From positions 309,256,001 through 309,320,000 of the forward strand of contig OZ024740.1 of assembly GCA_964016885.1 (NCBI GenBank): DNA of 64,000 nucleotides. Direction: 5' to 3'. Below the pieces are notes generated by a model that saw only the letters and a program-made list of their open reading frames with translations, was not told where the DNA came from and made no database searches. The number at the start of each line of letters is the position of its first letter. Positions within the stretch are counted from its first letter, which is position 1. The position numbers and the translations under genes are program-made. The DNA is from Eledone cirrhosa (taxonomy: Eukaryota). This document shows positions 62,756 through 64,000 of this stretch, piece after piece.

Positions 62756-63222
62756 AGAAATAACAGAATAAGTTTTGAACTCAGTGAAATATAGGATGAG
62801 AAAGTCTGATTGTTGGCTTTTATGAACTAGTCCAAATACATAAGACACCTTTTTATAGGCATCAACTTAGCTATAGTATACATTCAAATTACCCATAAGG
62901 GAACCTTTATTTATTATTCAAATTGCTAGAATTCACATACAAATCTTTTTCAACTAACATTACTATCTTTGAAAAAATAGAATGGCACATTGAATAATTT
63001 AGTCATAGATAGACTCTTCCTGAAAACAAAATGGAGTGGTCATAGCTGGAAAAATGTTGATCATAGGGTTGATCTGGGACTAAACAGTAGTTCATGTTGT
63101 TTGTTTTTCTCTATTTACATTATAAAACCATCTGGTTATTCATCGTTTCTATAGAATTACATTTATCTTGCTTGTTTTCCATAACTCTGTATAATATATA
63201 ATACATTTTTATCTTCTTACAG

Positions 63223-63464
63223 ATGGTGTCATCCTTGTGGAGCCAGATTACTTAAAGGATCGTAAAGTCTATGCTCACATCTTAGCTGCGTTTCGCTATG
63301 GCAGAGAGGATTTGGATGTCTTAGGACTTACATTCCGCAAAGACCTTTTCCTGTCTTCTGTACAGGTATATCCACCACCAAAAGACCAAGACCGACCTTT
63401 AACACGACTCCAAGGAAGACTCATCAAGAAGCTTGGTCCAAATGCTTACCCGTTTTATTTTGAA
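63223..63464 (+). CDS. ARRB1: Beta-arrestin coding exon (242 nt, phase 1 to phase 0): (D)[80 protein letters not shown]
   Basis: Acceptor ttcttacAG at 63221-63222 and donor GTAAGT at 63465. Contains the finger-loop motif [20 protein letters not shown]. The G left over from the previous exon plus AT makes GAT (Asp), so the frame is continuous. Confidence 0.96.
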
Positions 63465-64000
63465 GTAAGTATTCAACCAAATAGTTTCACATTTATTTCA
63501 AACTGTATCATTTTTTTTACAACAACCACCAGATTTATTACTACTACTAAATTTATTAATATCTGATTAATTTTTTGTATATGTATAAATGCTATAAAAG
63601 ATATTCATTACAATTTGACATCATAGTACAACAAGAAGCATTTTAAGACTATTTCCCCTGCTAAAGCAGGGGTCAGCCATACAACCCCAAGATGAGTGCC
63701 TCTATTTTGCCCTATTATCAGCATCCTCCTTCCTCCAACATCTTTAGTCATATCTTTTTTGTCTTCTCTTTCTTCTGTCTCCTTCCACATTCATTTCCAT
63801 TACTTTTCTCACTCGGTAACTTTCATCCCTTTTCAGTACACGACTCAACCATCTCATTTCTTTTCACAACACTCATCACTGGTTCTATCCCCATCATCCT
63901 CTGCAATTCATTTTTTATCTTCCTCTCTCACAGTGCTATTCCATTCATCCACCAGACCATTCTCATTTCTAGTCTCTTCAGCCTTCTCTATTACTCCAGG

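Larger units (their letters stand above)
22894..63222 (+). other. 40,329-bp GT-AG phase-1 intron of the beta-arrestin gene
   Basis: The flanking exons join to give the uninterrupted arrestin sequence DPV|DGVILV, so no intervening constitutive exon is needed. Confidence 0.88.

Noticed and set aside
63237-63566. ORF-track 109-aa protein as a standalone gene
   Set aside because: It is an internal exon read through its GTAAGT donor; arrestin similarity stops at 63464.

Overview
AT-rich, repeat-dense eukaryotic (animal) genomic DNA. The SINE/RTE/MITE landscape and microsatellite load suggest a mollusc, most likely an octopus-type cephalopod (inference). The only host coding sequence I can support is two + strand exons of a beta-arrestin gene (22833-22893 and 63223-63464). 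They splice in frame across a 40,329-bp GT-AG intron, and the flanking exons lie outside the window. Everything else is intronic: a decayed R4/Dong-type RLE LINE, a CRE-type RLE remnant, several RTE LINE copies (two with a PHD-type zinc finger next to the RT core), mariner and hAT remnants, TTAA-flanked piggyBac-like MITEs, tRNA-derived SINE families, minisatellites (12, 22, 30 and ~45 bp units) and several fold-back structures. The most unusual signals are an asymmetric fold-back family with a perfect 87-bp inverted repeat, a degenerate hammerhead ribozyme motif beside it (possibly Penelope-like), many inverted-repeat pairs that could be ADAR substrates, and an E-to-G codon at a normally conserved arrestin position. 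There is no intact transposase or RT ORF and no prokaryotic-type system. TE boundaries were judged by eye and are approximate.
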